Shown here piece after piece: positions 39,435 through 53,446 of a stretch of 64,000 nt of DNA. The translations under genes and the position numbers were made by a program. Under the pieces are notes generated by a model that saw only the letters and a list, made by a program, of their open reading frames with translations, was not told the origin of the DNA and searched no databases. How positions within the stretch are numbered: position 1 is the first letter of the stretch; each line of letters starts with the position of its first letter. Source of the DNA: Camelus ferus (Eukaryota); NCBI RefSeq assembly GCF_009834535.1, contig NC_045697.1, positions 74,030,001 through 74,094,000 of the forward strand, read 5' to 3'.

Positions 39435-39464
39435 TAGCCAGGCATAGCCAGGCATAGCCAGGCA
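39435..39464. repeat. Perfect tandem repeat (TAGCCAGGCA)x3
   Basis: Directly visible. Confidence 0.95.
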
Positions 39465-40231
39465 CAAGACAAAGGAGCGCAGTCCCAACGAAGACCTACT
39501 GTTTAGAGGGTGGTTACGTACTTGCTTCGTATTTACTAAATATTATTTCGGATCTCATTAACTAAAACTGCTTGCATATAAGATGAATCCTATTTTCTCA
39601 GTTCCATTCTAAAACTCTCAGTCTAGTCTGTGAGGAAATTAACGTACACAGCAGATTCTGTTACTAATTCCCTGGGAGTTACATAGCTGACCACGTTTCA
39701 AAAATGAGCTGACATTCTGAAACAAGAACATAGACATGCCTCAAAGGTTTTAAGCAGAATCAGAATAAGGTTATTATAGACTTTTCCAGCTATTCTAAAA
39801 GCATTTCAAAAGATACGATTTTTAAGTCACAAATATGTGGGGTCGAATTCTTCCTCCACCATTCCTAGAAGGCGCCTGAGGCCAATTACTCCACACGGTA
39901 TTGTAGGACTTAGTTTCTCAACAGTAAAATGAAGACTGTATCACTTATTCCTTGATGTAAAGATGAAGAGCAAAAGAAACCACAGATGCATGAACAAGAA
40001 CGTAAGAGGTCCCCTCCAGACGGTATTTGTTCTCTCTGGGCTCTGCAGGTACTTGGCAGCTCACATTTGTCAACTGCTAACTCTTGGGGACCTGGACCGA
40101 GCAGAATAGAACAGTGGCCCACAACAGAAGTTCTGTGCTGATTCAGAATCTGAAGAATGAAGTAAAACTTCAACTGGACCCGATCAATATAAAAAACCAC
40201 GGAAACTAAAATTGCTCAAAGCCTGTTATCC

Positions 40232-40814
40232 TGTATATTAGGTTTTTACTGTCACGTAACAAATTATTATAAACCTAAAGGCTTAAAAGAGTGTAAATTT
40301 ATTATCTCACAGTTTCCATGGGTCAGGAGTCCAGGCACAGCATGGCTAGGTTCTCTGCTTATGGCCTGACAAGGCTGAAATCAAGGTGCTGGCCAGGCTG
40401 GGCTTTGATCTGAAGGTTCTAAAGGAGAATCCCCTCAAATTCAGTTCTTTGCAGTTGCGGGTCTGAGGTCCCCCTTAACTTGCTGGATGTCAAGCAGGGA
40501 CTGCTCTCTGCAACTAGAAGCCAACCGCATTCCTTTTCACCTGCCCTCTTTCCTCCATCTTCAAAGCAGCAATAGTATATCAGTTCCTCTCACAATCCCA
40601 TCCTCTGACTTCTGCCACCAGCCGGAGAAAACTCCTTGCTCTTAAGGGCTCGTGTAATTACCATGGACCTGCATGGGAAATTCAGGATAATCTTCCTACT
40701 TAAAGTAATTGTGCTGTATAAAATAATATAATTAAGGGAGTAACATCTTACCATATTCACAGATTCCAGAGACTGACAACTTTGAGGGCTATTTTAGGAA
40801 CTCTGCCTACCACA
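40232..40814 (-). mobile_element. MLT1 (MLT1D/E-like) MaLR solo LTR
   Basis: tgtatattag...aaatttattatctcacagtttc...aaggctgaaatcaaggtg...ctgcctaccaca. Confidence 0.82.
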
Positions 40815-42235
40815 GGCAGCTATCCCAAAAGAAACTAAAAAGAAAAGGCTACATTCAGGAAAACGTTTAACTTTATCAACTTTATCTAACAGGAAACAAA
40901 CTGGAAAAAATATCCAACAAAATTAAAATGTTTACATATTTATCCAAGAAAGAAGAAAACATGGAAAGATTAAAATAATATGATTTATTGGGAGAGCAGG
41001 ATTGTGAGGGAAGGTTTATACTTAACCTCTATGACTATAACTAATTAAAATTTTCTTGAAAAACATATTATTGAAAGAAAGAAATCCTAAAAATTGAAGC
41101 AGTCTGGGTCAAAGATAAGAATAAAACCAGGCAAAAATAAGAAACCTGTTTCCATGGAAGGAAAAAAAGTGTTTTAGTAATTACTGGGTTTACATAGTAG
41201 CAAGACCTATAAAATGATAAGTTCTAAAATAAACTATATTTTATTTACTGGCAATGGCAGTACACAGAAACCCTTTTTTTCCCTTTTATATAACATCTAA
41301 TTATTTTATCATTCAAGGATGTCTGCCCTTCTCTTGGTAGCTCTTGGTCCGTAAGAATTTCTCCTATACCTCGCAATATTCTGATCAACATTAAACCAGC
41401 AGTATATTCGCTTGGTCATTTCTAATTAATATTACATTTACACAAAATACAACAATAATTAGTCAATATATTTTCAGTAATAATGTACTAAACACCTACT
41501 ATGTACCAACTTTCCTACGTAAAATACAAAAGTATGCTTTCAAGATTAATTAATATCTTATTACAAATCACTTACATTTGAAAATTTTAATTTTGATCCA
41601 CTTATTTAGTGACTTTGACAGGTTTATTTAAAAGTCTGTATATCACGTTTTCTTGGATTCATTTGCTTTTTCAATAATGAATTAGTATTACTAAGTCAAA
41701 TAAATTTATCAGGTACATAGATTTTCATGATTTCCAGTTACCAATTTCATTAATTACATGCTCACTGACAAATTTTTACAAAAGTGAAAATAAGACATTT
41801 TCATTTAATCTTTTCATTCACCCTTAATATCTGCATAAGAATTTAAATTAACTTAATAATCTGTACTTAATATGAACTGAGTGGCCCCAAGGATTACACC
41901 CTCAGAATAAGTTTTCTACTCTATAGACATTCTATCAGTGTAATGTCATTTAATTTAGTGACTCTTCTCATCATTAAATACAACACTGGAAAGTGACCAG
42001 AGTATATAATATGGCATCTGGAGCAGAGGAGGTTCTCACTAAAAATGTCCCAAAATAAACTTTTAAACTATAGCTTAAATTTGAAAGAAAGCAAACAGCT
42101 TGGCCATATTTATGCTGGAGACACAGAGGAATTACAGGGTCGCACACACACACATACACTCAAATGAGCCCCTGTGTGTCCCTAACCGGGTATAAAACTA
42201 GAACTCTGAGTGGGATGTGGCCCTCTCCTCCAGGA

Positions 42236-42440
42236 ATGGAATAAGAGGCGGGAAAGGAAAGGAAGAGGGAGGAAGGGGGTGGGAGAAGAGAAGAACCAGG
42301 AAGAAGAGGAAGGAAGTGGAAGAACAGGAGAAAAAGCAGAGAAGGAACAGAAAGTCTAAGGAGAGGGTGAAGAAGAGGAGGAAAAAGAGGCAGAGGAATA
42401 AGGAAGGAGAAGAAGGAAGAAGAGAAAGAAAAGAGAATAG
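42236..42440 (+). repeat. Polypurine (GA-rich) low-complexity tract
   Basis: About 200 nt almost entirely G/A; generates the spurious K/R/E-rich ORF 42217..42504. Confidence 0.9.
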
Positions 42441-42499
42441 TAACAAAACAACACAGTACATAAAAAAAGTGACAGAGGATCCGAGGAAACTACTTACTA

Positions 42500-44070
42500 G
42501 ATAACAAGTCTAGGAGCCTACAGGCACTGACACAGGTTTCCAGTGAGAACTGACTTAATCTCAGCTAGAAGAACACGATCTGAGCAGTGATTCGGTTGGA
42601 GACGTCTTACCGCGAGCAGATGCTGTGTGAGGCGCTGAATCCTGTCCCCACAGAGCTCACTGCCGCCTCACAGACAGGACCACACCAGCGCCCAGCACTC
42701 TCAGTACTGAGGGGCACAGACCAGGGAGCCCGCACCGCGGTCCACGAGGGTAAGGGGAGACTTCCGAGAGGAAGCGGTATCTCAGTCGAGATCTGAGGGA
42801 CGAGCAGGCAGAGGTGAAGTGAAAGAAGGGGGAAGGAAGATCAAGTGAAGGAGGAAGAATGTTCCATTCTATGTAGAGGGACAGGCTGTGGAGGCCTGGA
42901 CGCGAGTAAGAGCCGATAGAGCTGCAGACCTGAAGTTCAGCACAGCCGCAGGGCAGTGACAACGAAGAGGGCAGGAGATGAAGCCAGAAACGAAGGCGGG
43001 ACAGGCACTAAAAAAGAGAAAAGCAGGAAGAGAGTCTGGAATAAATGACAGGAGGGAAAATAAGGCTCAGCAGGGAAACTGGTCAGTAGTAGGAGTAATT
43101 CAAGTGGGATGTAACTGGGGACAGACAAGGCTAGCTGCGGTGATAATGGAAGGCTGTTCAGAATAGAATCAGGACTTCGTGATCAATGGGACAAGGGGAA
43201 GCCAAAGATGCCCCAAGATACCTCAGCTTGGCTTAAGAATCTAGAGGTGAGGAGGGAAGGGGGACTGGTGTCATAAGAGAAAATAGTGAATTCAGTTTTG
43301 TACACTGAGTTTGAGATGCATGGGAGACACCTGCATGTAGATGTCGGTGGCTGAGAACACAGGTCTGAGCTGGAGATATTAATTAGACAGCAAAATCAGG
43401 AATGCTTGGGATTGGATCACCAAGGCAGTCCCCACGGGAGGAGAGGAAGAGTTGAACAAGGGCACAACCCTCAAGCTAAACAATGCTCAAGGGGCAGCAG
43501 AAGAAAAGGAGGTTACCAAAGAAACGAAGCAGGAACCAGAATTAGAGGATGTCCAAGATCCTATGATATAATCAGTCAGGTGAAGAGACTGTTTTAAGAA
43601 GGAAGACAAGGTTAAAGGTATAAAATCCTAAGGTATATTCAAGTTAGACAAAACCTATGAAACAGGCCTGTTGGACTTGGTTAAAAGAAAGTGACCAGCG
43701 GCCTCAGTAAGAGCAGTTTCATTGAAATGACGGGGGGGATGGAAACAATTTTGAAATAAGATGAAGAACAAGGGGGAAGGAGGAGACAGCTAAGTGTTTA
43801 AACTCTTTTCACAAGTCTTCTTATGAAAAGGAAGAAGAGAGGAGGCATGTGGGACGAAGCCAATAAAGAAAAAGAAGTTGTAAACACGGGACAAAGAAGA
43901 GCTAAGAAAATACCGTCACTCAAGAGGCAGGAGGCGACAGGATCTGGAGCACAGAGGGAAACCTGGGTCTTGGATAAAAACCAGCCCTGGTCTCATAGTA
44001 ACAGAAAGAAGGGAAGAAACAGTGTTTGTAGACATAGATGTCTGGCAGTCTAAGGGGAAAAGGAGTTTAA
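42500..44070 (-). mobile_element. Long degraded L2 fragment(s)
   Basis: gaattcagttttgtacactgagtttgagatgc; gagcagtttcattgaaatg, typical antisense L2. Confidence 0.65.
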
Positions 44071-44658
44071 TGTCTGCAGAGAACAATAAACATTAGCAAT
44101 AAATGCAGCAGGAAACAGGAGACAGGATGGACCAAAGACACACAGAAGGCTATGGCAGCAGCAACCAATGGAATTGGAGGTTTTGTCTGTCCCCAGTGGG
44201 ACCTGGTGACCTGGAAGCATGCACAAGAAAAGAGTATGAACTGACTTTCATCAGTGTTGAACCTCCTGTCTGGAAAACGGGGCAGGAATTAGAAGACAGG
44301 ACTCAGCAAACCTCTCCTGTAAAAGCTCAGGTAGTGAAGGCTTCAGGCCTTGCAGACTGTATGTTCTCTGCTGCCCTCCTCAAGCGCGGTTGTGGTGCAG
44401 GAGCAGCTGTAGGCAATGGTAAGATAACCCACAGTTCTGCCGTTTCTAAAAACAGGGGGTGAGTTGGATTTGACTGGCCTGGACTATAGCTCACCAAACC
44501 CGAGTTTAAGTGAAGGAAGTAAAGATACAAAAGAGGGCTGATATCAGAGGGATCGATAGGCTAGAACTTTGAAGGGGCGGTGCCTTCCAATGAGAACTGA
44601 AATTCCTCGGCATGAATACAGCAGAACACGTTACAATACCACAGCCTACGACACAAAC

Positions 44659-44745
44659 CTTGGAGCCGACTTCACAGACGTCGATAGGATCATTATCTCC
44701 ACAGCAGTCTGTGCTCTTATCTTTTCGACTGGGATCTTCCCAAGT
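44659..44745 (-). CDS. PPA2: PPA2 exon 6: [29 protein letters not shown]
   Basis: Acceptor tttttcttag, donor AAG|gtttgt, 87 nt; catalytic metal-binding DNDPIDV signature. Confidence 0.97.
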
Positions 44746-47269
44746 CTAAGAAAAAGAGGGGTGGGGGAAGCAAAGATGTAGGTTAATACTCACTGTAATG
44801 TATCTTAATCTTTCCACATGATCATGAAGTTTTACAGATAGCCACGATCCAAGGGAAGAATTCTCAGAAATTCAACAGGTTCAATGTCAACAGGCCAGTA
44901 CATCCCTAAGCATCATAATAATTAAAGCAGATTTATACTATTTCCTCCCTCAGTCTCCTGTTTGTCTGTGTATTTCCACACAGACGCCTCCTCCAGGTTT
45001 AGTCAGTGTCTAAGTTCACGCTTACTTTTACTAGAGCTTCAGTTCAGATGCTCCCGCTGTCTCTGCCCTTGTTTCCAGGGTCTAGACTGATGTCTCCACC
45101 ATGCACCGCTTCCCCTGGCATGGCACCAGGACTGGGTATGGCTTTCCAGATTTGAAAATAAACTTCCTGTACTTTAAATGACTTCTACTAGAACAAACCC
45201 GGTTCTCCCTTCAAGAACAAGACAGCTCTACCAAAAAAAGAAAAATCCATTTTTGCCCCATTTCATTCCATTTTAAAAATCCTCTACCTTTGTTATCAAA
45301 GCTCAAGACTTGCACGAAAAAGTGAAAAGATGCCAACTCTTCAGTTTACTGAAAAACTACACCCTGTCACCTACAAAATACATCCATGGGCATTTTTATC
45401 AACAAATAACGTAACAGAAATTTGTTATCAAATCTAAATATCCCCTAGACACTATCCTTCCCCAAAGCCTCATAGTGAGCTGATTTTAAATGGAACTAAG
45501 GACGTTCCCTGAAATTACTTCTCTCAGATTTACACTTACAAGACGTGCAGAGACTATGATATCTCAAGAATGCTCTCTAGAATTTCAGACTATCCAAGCT
45601 TGGCTCCTCTAATTTTATAAAGATAATTTAAAATGGATCCTTATTTATAACTAAACCCTAGATAAACTACTGTATTTTTTCTTCTGACCCTAATTATAAC
45701 ATATTCAGGAATAAACTGATCCATCCTCACCAAAAAAATTTAAAAAAAATCAGCAAACCAAGTCTAATAACATTTCACTACCCCAAATACTAACATTACC
45801 AATAAAAACGTAAGAATAATAAATATAACTGTTAATCTTACATACTGGTTATAGGTGAGAGACACCCTTCTAAGTGACACACACAGACTTACACACACGT
45901 ACTCCATGAAGACTGTACTGTTAGTAACCCCATTGTACAGATAGGTACACCGAAGCACACAGAGTTTAAATTCATCCAAGCTCAGTTTCTAAATGCTGGC
46001 AATGGTATTAGAACACGTGCTCTTAATCATTATGTTATGATGCCCAAGTTTTGATAACAATAGTAGTTGAATGGCAATTACTTTTGGATATAATCTTATT
46101 CATGATTCTCTTCTTTTAATACCTTCTGTTACTCTTAGAATCTCCTAAGTATATTTTCCTACAGAGGTTCTGTTGTTTCCCATTGCTCCCCTTACTGCTT
46201 CTTGTATTCTATTACCAGGTATGCATTCACTGAGTAAAGACTTATTGATGACCTGCTCTGGGCCAGGAGATAGAAACAGAAATGAACAGGACATAGTCAA
46301 CACCCTGAAGAACATCATGTTAACAATGGGGTAGCTTTCGTCAGAAATGCTACAAAATCAACCTTAATGTGCTGGAGAAAGCAAGATGGGATTGAGGTAT
46401 AATTGGAATCAGTAAACCTAGAAGCAGAAGCAGAAAAGGGCTGAGAGGTTCCTCCTTCCTAATGCAGGAACCCTTTCTCAAATCTTCCTGAATCTCACTC
46501 CCACTCTCAGAAGAGCAAACGTCACAGGCTAGAAGACACTCTGGCCTCGAGGAAGATATCTAGATTCTAGTCCTACTTTAGCCAGAAACTACCTTGGCCA
46601 AAACATCCAGACCTCAGTTTCCTCACCTACAAAAGAATGGCTTAAATAAGACAACTGCTGGATACATCCTAGCCCTGAATTCTGTGACTCTTAGTGGTCA
46701 TTCATAATCTGCACAAATACCACCAGTGAACAGGAAGCACTCAGATTCATGAGATAACTTAGCCCATTTTGATCAGTGTTAATTTTTACAACAGTCCTTC
46801 CTTGTACCGACACAAAAACTGTCTTCATGCAAGTTGTACTCCATTTGGTTTTGGTGGGTTTCTCTGTTGATTGATTGGTCTACATTCCCTTCAGAACTCC
46901 ACTTTCAATATTACCTATCAACTTAGTTTCTTCTGTTGAGGAAATAAGTAGACACATACAAAATTCTTATGTTACAACCATGTTGTCAATTATTGGGCCA
47001 GTTCATGATTTCCCTTACCAGCAGAAACACCAACTGGCTCTTTGTATTTCCAGTCCTGCCTTTCACACTTCATATCTCCAGGGCTTGGTTTTTCACTACA
47101 AAAAGAGATTCATACTAAATGACTCCTAACTTAATTTGGAAATATAGTATAATTTCAAGCAATCACCAGGAGAGGAAATCTTGACAAATTAAAACTTTAA
47201 TTACTCCCTCTAGTGGAGCTTTAAGTGTACAACTAGGCAGAGAAACAACTAGAAAAGCAGTCAGGTTGG

Positions 47270-47830
47270 AAAAGAAATTCCAAATCTTAGTATCTGTTTC
47301 ACAAAAGGGACAAAAGATTAGCATCCAGAATTTAGAAATAACTTCTACAAGTAACTAAGAAAAAAGGCAACTCAATACAAAATGGGTCAAAGACAGGAAC
47401 AGGTAATTTAAAGAAGAAATATGAATGATTTATAAATAGAAGAAAAGATACCCAGTCTGATCACAGAATTGCAAATTAAAACCAAAATGAGACACTATTT
47501 AAAAAACTTAAAAGTCTGATAATGCCAAATACTGTTAATGAGGTAAGGCATCTGGAACCCTACTGCTGGTGGGAGAATATATTGTTACGACGTCTTTTGT
47601 AAACAATTTGGAAATACCTAATAAAGTAAAATAGGTGTGTAACTCACAATTTAGCAATCTGACTCAGGTATATACATAGCAGTATATACCTACATATACA
47701 ATGTACATAGAAAAATTTTAGTATGGACCCACAAAAAGCAAAAAGTTAAAAACAACTTATTAACAGGAATACAAATAATGTTAAAGTCATACAAAGGACA
47801 GCTATAAAGCTATAAAAATAAATAAATCAG
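47270..47830 (+). mobile_element. Old L1ME-type fragment
   Basis: aaagattagcatccagaat...tgcaaattaaaaccaaaatgagacac...tgctggtgggag. Confidence 0.7.
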
Positions 47831-48599
47831 ATTATTGATCTAGCCTAAGACATATCTTATTCATCTTCACGCAGATGTTTGAGATCATTACCTTACAGTC
47901 TTATGAATATTAACCAATGCGTCTGTAATCACCATGCTCTGGTCCTTTGGTCTCTCTGAAAAAAATCACTGAATTGTACAGAGTTGTATATTCAGGTGCT
48001 TCTTGAGAACTACTTCCTGATCAGTCAGGATTTCTATTCCAAGTCAAAAGAAGTAAGATCTACTCAGCGACTACCTGCACTTTATCAGCTTTAATTTGGA
48101 GCAAAAGACTCTACCAGCTGTTTTGCTATTAACAGCTAATATCAGTAGCAACAGTGTCATCATCAAGATAATACTGCTGACACTCACCACGGGTTAGTGA
48201 GTTAACATTGTTCACGCAGGTCTTCTAAATATTCATGCAGAAAGTCAGAACTTGAATAATGTGTGAGATATATCAACAAGTGGAAAAAGATGAACAAAGA
48301 TGATTTTTGCCCAGTCCAAACTCAAACTTCGAGGAAGGCATTGTTGCTAGTGCAGGAGAAGTTATTAAATAGTCTAGACAGCTGAAGGTCTGAAATAATG
48401 AGGGCACACTGATGAATCACAAGCTAAGTGGAGAGGCTTCTACTTAAACAGTATTCTGCTGCTTAAATGTTCTTCTAAGCATGGTTGGCTTGGTAACTTC
48501 TCTGAACAAATTTCCTGCTGTTACAAGACAAATCATAAGAGAAGAGCAAAATCCAACTACCTATACATGCCTATGAACCAAAGGCAACACATATAATGT

Positions 48600-50050
48600 A
48601 TTTATGGATTCATTCACTCCAAAAATACATGTTGATCACCTCCTCTGTGCCAGAAACTAAGCTGGGGAGTTAACTCAGAAGACATAAGTGAACAAAACAG
48701 ACAGAATCTCTGCCCTCACAAAGACTGCATTTTAGCTAGAAGAAATTAACAACAAACATAATAAATAACTAAATTATTTGGCATGTCAGAAGTTGGTAGT
48801 TGTAATGGAAAAAGGAAAAAATTAAGTATGGAGGAGAAATGGGAGTACAGGAGGCAGGGTTAAAACTGTACAGGATGTTCTGAACAGACATCAAAAAGTC
48901 AACTGATGAGCAAAGATCTAAGGAGGGAAAGAGTGTTCCAAGCTGGAGGACACAGTGGGTGCAAAGGCCCGAGGCAGGATTGTTCAGAGGAATTGTGAAA
49001 AGGCTGTATAGGGATGGGCGAGCAGGAAGAGCAGCAAGAGGAAAAGTCGGACATGAGATCAAAAACATACATGGGACCAGGTCTAACTTTCATTTTAACG
49101 GACTCAATCTGTCTTAACATGCACAATGAATCAAAAAGGCATTAGGTACAATTACCTTATCCATAAACAACTGGCTTAATTTCAATTTTTTACAAACATT
49201 AATCAACACAGTTAATTTTTGTTTGGCACATAGCTTCTGTGCAATCTATGGTGTACACTTTTGCTGAAGACTAACCCACGCATACACACGCTACATCATG
49301 AGTCTGGGTTTAAAAAGGCAGTAAAAATCTGGCTGAGAATGGCAGAGAGAATACAAGTCTGTTTCCTCCTCCTCACTTCCACTCTAGCCACACTGGCCTC
49401 CTTTCTGTCACTCAGACACACTAAGCGTCCTTCCACCTCGGGGACCTTTATACTTGCTGTTTCCTGTTGGGTCCCCCTGGGCGGCCCTCACTTCCTTTGG
49501 GTCTTCTCTCAGGTACCACCTCCTAGCTGAGGCCTTCCCCCTCTCTGAATGGCAACAGTCCCACCCACCCCAGCCCCACCTGCTGCTTTATTTCTCTCCC
49601 ACACACTTGTCACCATCTGATGTACTATACTATCTCTCTGCCCAGAATAAAAGTCCCAGGAGAACTGTTGTCACTTTTACCACTGCTTTACCTGCAGGAC
49701 TTAGAACATGGCCTGGCAAAAGTCAGGTACCCGAAACATGTGTACTGAACCAACGAATAGCCCTGTGACGGAAGGCTTAGTGTGGAAGCGACAAGGGCAA
49801 CTGGAGCAGCTGCCGAGGTGGAATGGACCTGAGGCAGGATGAAGGCTGCGGGACCAGCCTGGAGAGGCGGGGCCAGGTTATGCAGGGTTGAGGAGCTACC
49901 GAGGAAGTCTACATCTTACCCCTTTAGCAACAGGAAGCCATTAAAAGGGTCTCATATGGGCAAAAACGGTGCTGAGGGGAGTGTGAGATCTCGGGAGGCG
50001 ATGGTGACACCAGGTGTATTCAGAGCAGAGCAGGCTGCCATCTAATCCTT
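48600..50050. mobile_element. L2 fragments in both orientations
   Basis: cattcactccaaaaatacatgttgatcacctcctctgtgccag (minus-strand 3' end); cacactggcctcctttctg...agaacatggcctggca (plus strand). Confidence 0.65.
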
Positions 50051-51859
50051 TCATGACCCAGGAAGCTCTACGGTACCCAACAGACTAGTCTAAGAGCAGG
50101 TGAGAGCAGCCTGAAAATGCCAACACCTCCAGAGGGGACACAAATTTGTCAGGACCTCAAACAGGTAAACTACAAAGCTCAGAATTAGTAGTGGGTGGTC
50201 AGCAGCAACTATTATGAGCCACTGTAACTGCTGGCTTAGGTGTCCATCACCCACCCCCGGAAGACTATACATCCTTTTAGAAAAAAGACCATGTAATAAT
50301 AAAAGCACCAGTAGTTATGATAATGTGATCACTATTCATTAGGCACAGGTCTAAGGTGAATGCACAAGAACTCATTTAACCTCAACATGACCATGTGCAG
50401 GAGGGACTTCAATCATATCTACTTGACAGACGAAGAAAGTGAGGTGCAAACACACAAAGGAACTTGCCCAAGGTCACATTATGAGTAAGTGGCAATCTGG
50501 CTCCAAAAGCCACGTTCTGAGTCACTTATTATGCTGCCTTGATCTTACATTTATATCTCATTTTTCTTTGTACACCCAAAACCTAATACCCTGCCTAGCA
50601 TATAAATCCTTAGTAAATGTTTAATGCAATAAACAAATACATGAACTCTAGTTATGCTCTGCCTGCTCTACGTTTTATGTCTCCTTTTTTGTCTTTTTCT
50701 AATTCAAGGACTTGGTTGTCCTTCCCCTCATCCATACATCTTCTCCTACAGACAGTATCCCTTAAGCTTAACAGAAATGTTTTTGCCCTTTCACTGCTAG
50801 GTCAAACAGAATGTCTACTTAGGCACCTGGAGAGTCAGAAAACCCGCCTTTTTGGTTTCAACAGGCATTCTCATTCTTAGCACATCACTTCAGAAGTGCC
50901 TCTTTTAACCAAGAATGTATCTATGTGGGTGGTCCAACTGCATCAAAGGCAGCCTGACTCTTTAGAAAACAATTTTCTTTTTTCTTTTCCTGTGAATGTT
51001 TATTCTACACGGGCAGCTGTTTTTCTGAGTTGGATACACCAAAGCCCCTTCTCAGATATTTTCCAAAAAACATCTTGGAATGTCATGCAAAATATTAAAA
51101 TTAATAATTAAAATACAAAAATTAAACATCCAAATAGACAGATGCTCTAATGGCTTTTATAAGGATAAAGGCAGCTGCTTCTCCATGTCCCAAAACCTAG
51201 ACTTCTGATTGGAATATTCTAAATTTTCCTCACTAACCTGGAAGGAGTTACCACTTCCCAGGAGTGAGGAAATGTGAGAACAAAACAAAAAGGGGTAAGA
51301 AAGAAAGAAAAGCAGTGTTATTCTGTAATAGGAATGCTGCTTTACCAATACTTAGCCATTGTTTTCATTGCTTCCCAATCAAAAATTATAGATCTAGATA
51401 GTAAATAATTAAGTCACTTAATTCAATTCAATGAGTTTTGAAAGTTTTAATAATTTAAAAAGTTCATATGTTAAAGTTTAAAAAAACAAAATTCATGCTA
51501 TCATATATGAATGTATACAAAAACATAACTTGTCATATTCTAAGAAATGACTGCAGATAAAGGAGATAAAATACTTTTCACTGACTCTTAATAGCCAAGC
51601 CCAGAAAAAGAAATGTGTTTGAAATGCTAAATGTGAGTGTTCTATATGCCTAACGCCAAGAACCTGAGTATAGACATATATATAGTTTGAAAAAAAATTT
51701 ATTGATACAATAAAACGCCACATTAAAAAAATTTTAAATTTACAAATCTCTCACACTGACATGTCCTCAGAACCAATTTAAATTCAAGTAGTTCACAGGA
51801 TTTACAAGGCAATTTTTTCAGAAGACAGAGAAGTTTTACCATTATAACAAAAATGTTAC

Positions 51860-51979
51860 CTGCGGGAGGGCACCATAATTCCATATATAACCCTTGTGAG
51901 GAAAGATATTTGCCACATAGCGAAGCTTGCCATCCTTCAGATCTTGTTTAATGGGATTCAATGGCTCCTCTGTGGCAAT
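51860..51979 (-). CDS. PPA2: PPA2 exon 5: [40 protein letters not shown]
   Basis: Acceptor gcttag, donor CAG|gtaaca, 120 nt; NPIKQD...GKLRYV...WNYGALPQ motif. Confidence 0.97.
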
Positions 51980-53392
51980 CTAAGCGGATCATAGAAGAAA
52001 GGGGGAAGGGGGATGAGAAATGATTAATCCTAGATTCAAACAGTATTTTTAAAATCTGCCATTATCAGACTAAATATTCACATTCCAACTTACTGATCGA
52101 AGATACTTTAAAGTAAACTAAGCCAGCTCTTATTTCTAATTTACCATTCTGTATTAAAAAAAAAAAACTGGAGAGGAAACATCAGATTATATATTTAGGC
52201 ACTCTATGATTTATGCACTCTTTATTTCTAACACAAATAATAAAAATTACTGAAATGGCAAGAGGATAAGGATTAATCAATTTGCTATTTGTTACTAATC
52301 TTGGGTCTTCTACCATCAATCTTACAATAAAGTTAACTTAAAGGTTTTTCACCAAGTGATTTCATTTCAAAGTTATCTTTCAATCAAACATATCCGAATT
52401 GCTATGCAAAAAGAAAAAAACCTATCCTACGAGGTATACAAAAAAATAACTGAAGCCATGTTTGATTGAATAAACGCTGCTTAAATTAGGCAGCATCTCA
52501 CAGGTTCTTGATCCTACACCCAGCTGGCCAGCATGATAAAACACTGTATCTAAAAGCAAGAGCAAAAGAAGAATCTAGTATCTTTATTTGTTCCTATTAA
52601 AGGATTAACAAGAAAATACTGCCAGGACTTTGTGAAATAACTGACAATTTTCCAAAGATGAAATCTGCGAAATAGATACTGACACAATAATCCTTGAATA
52701 CTTGAAATAATACTTGTTATCTCAACGTTGTAGGAAAAGGCTTAAATAACTCAGCCAACTAAGTGCCATAAATTAAAGTTCACTCAGAACTATAAGGGAT
52801 CTTACCTAACTGAAGATGAAACTACAAAATTCTGAAAAGCAAAAGGGAAGTTCTTAAGAGATTCATGTTTCATGGAGGAAGAGGGGGAAGAAAGCTAACC
52901 AGGGCAACAGCAGATGATCTCAGCTAGTGTTCAGTAATCAAGAGCCGGCCAGGGAGATGCTTTCATTCCTGGCAGAGTAAAACAAAATCTAGAGAATTGA
53001 GCCCTTAGAAACTAAAACTGCCATCGGCCCCAAGTATGTCTTAGTCGTGTCCTATGAACAAAACACATCTCAGAACCTTAGAAAACCCTGAAAATATTTG
53101 TCATTTTCAAAGACAGAGGAGTTGAGAAAAATTAAATTTATATGTGTATAACAAACGAGGCAGGCAAAAATGGAAAACACTCTCTTTAAAGTGTAAATTC
53201 AGCTTTGAATAATATTTTGCTTTTTGTAATTAGATTCAAAGTAAATTCACAAGAATGTTTTCCACTGTTTTCATTATAAAAAAGGTGTCACCCATTCCAA
53301 ATTCAAAATACTATGGCAAACAACTTGAAGCAAAGTTTTTATATCATTATTAGTTCTCATTTCCACTTGATATTAAGAGAATATTTCCATAC

Positions 53393-53446
53393 CTCCATTT
53401 TAGCATTTGTCCATCGAGGTACTTCTACAATCATATTAAACAAATT
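53393..53446 (-). CDS. PPA2: PPA2 exon 4: [18 protein letters not shown]
   Basis: Acceptor attgcag, donor GAG|gtatgg, 54 nt; conserved VE(I/V)PRWTNAKME. Confidence 0.96.

Noticed and set aside
39435..39464. Short direct repeats as a CRISPR-like array
   Set aside because: Head-to-tail 10-mers without spacers in mammalian DNA: a simple tandem repeat.
42217..42504. K/R/E-rich 95-aa ORF and its hydrophobic antisense ORF
   Set aside because: Translation artefact of the GA-rich low-complexity tract.
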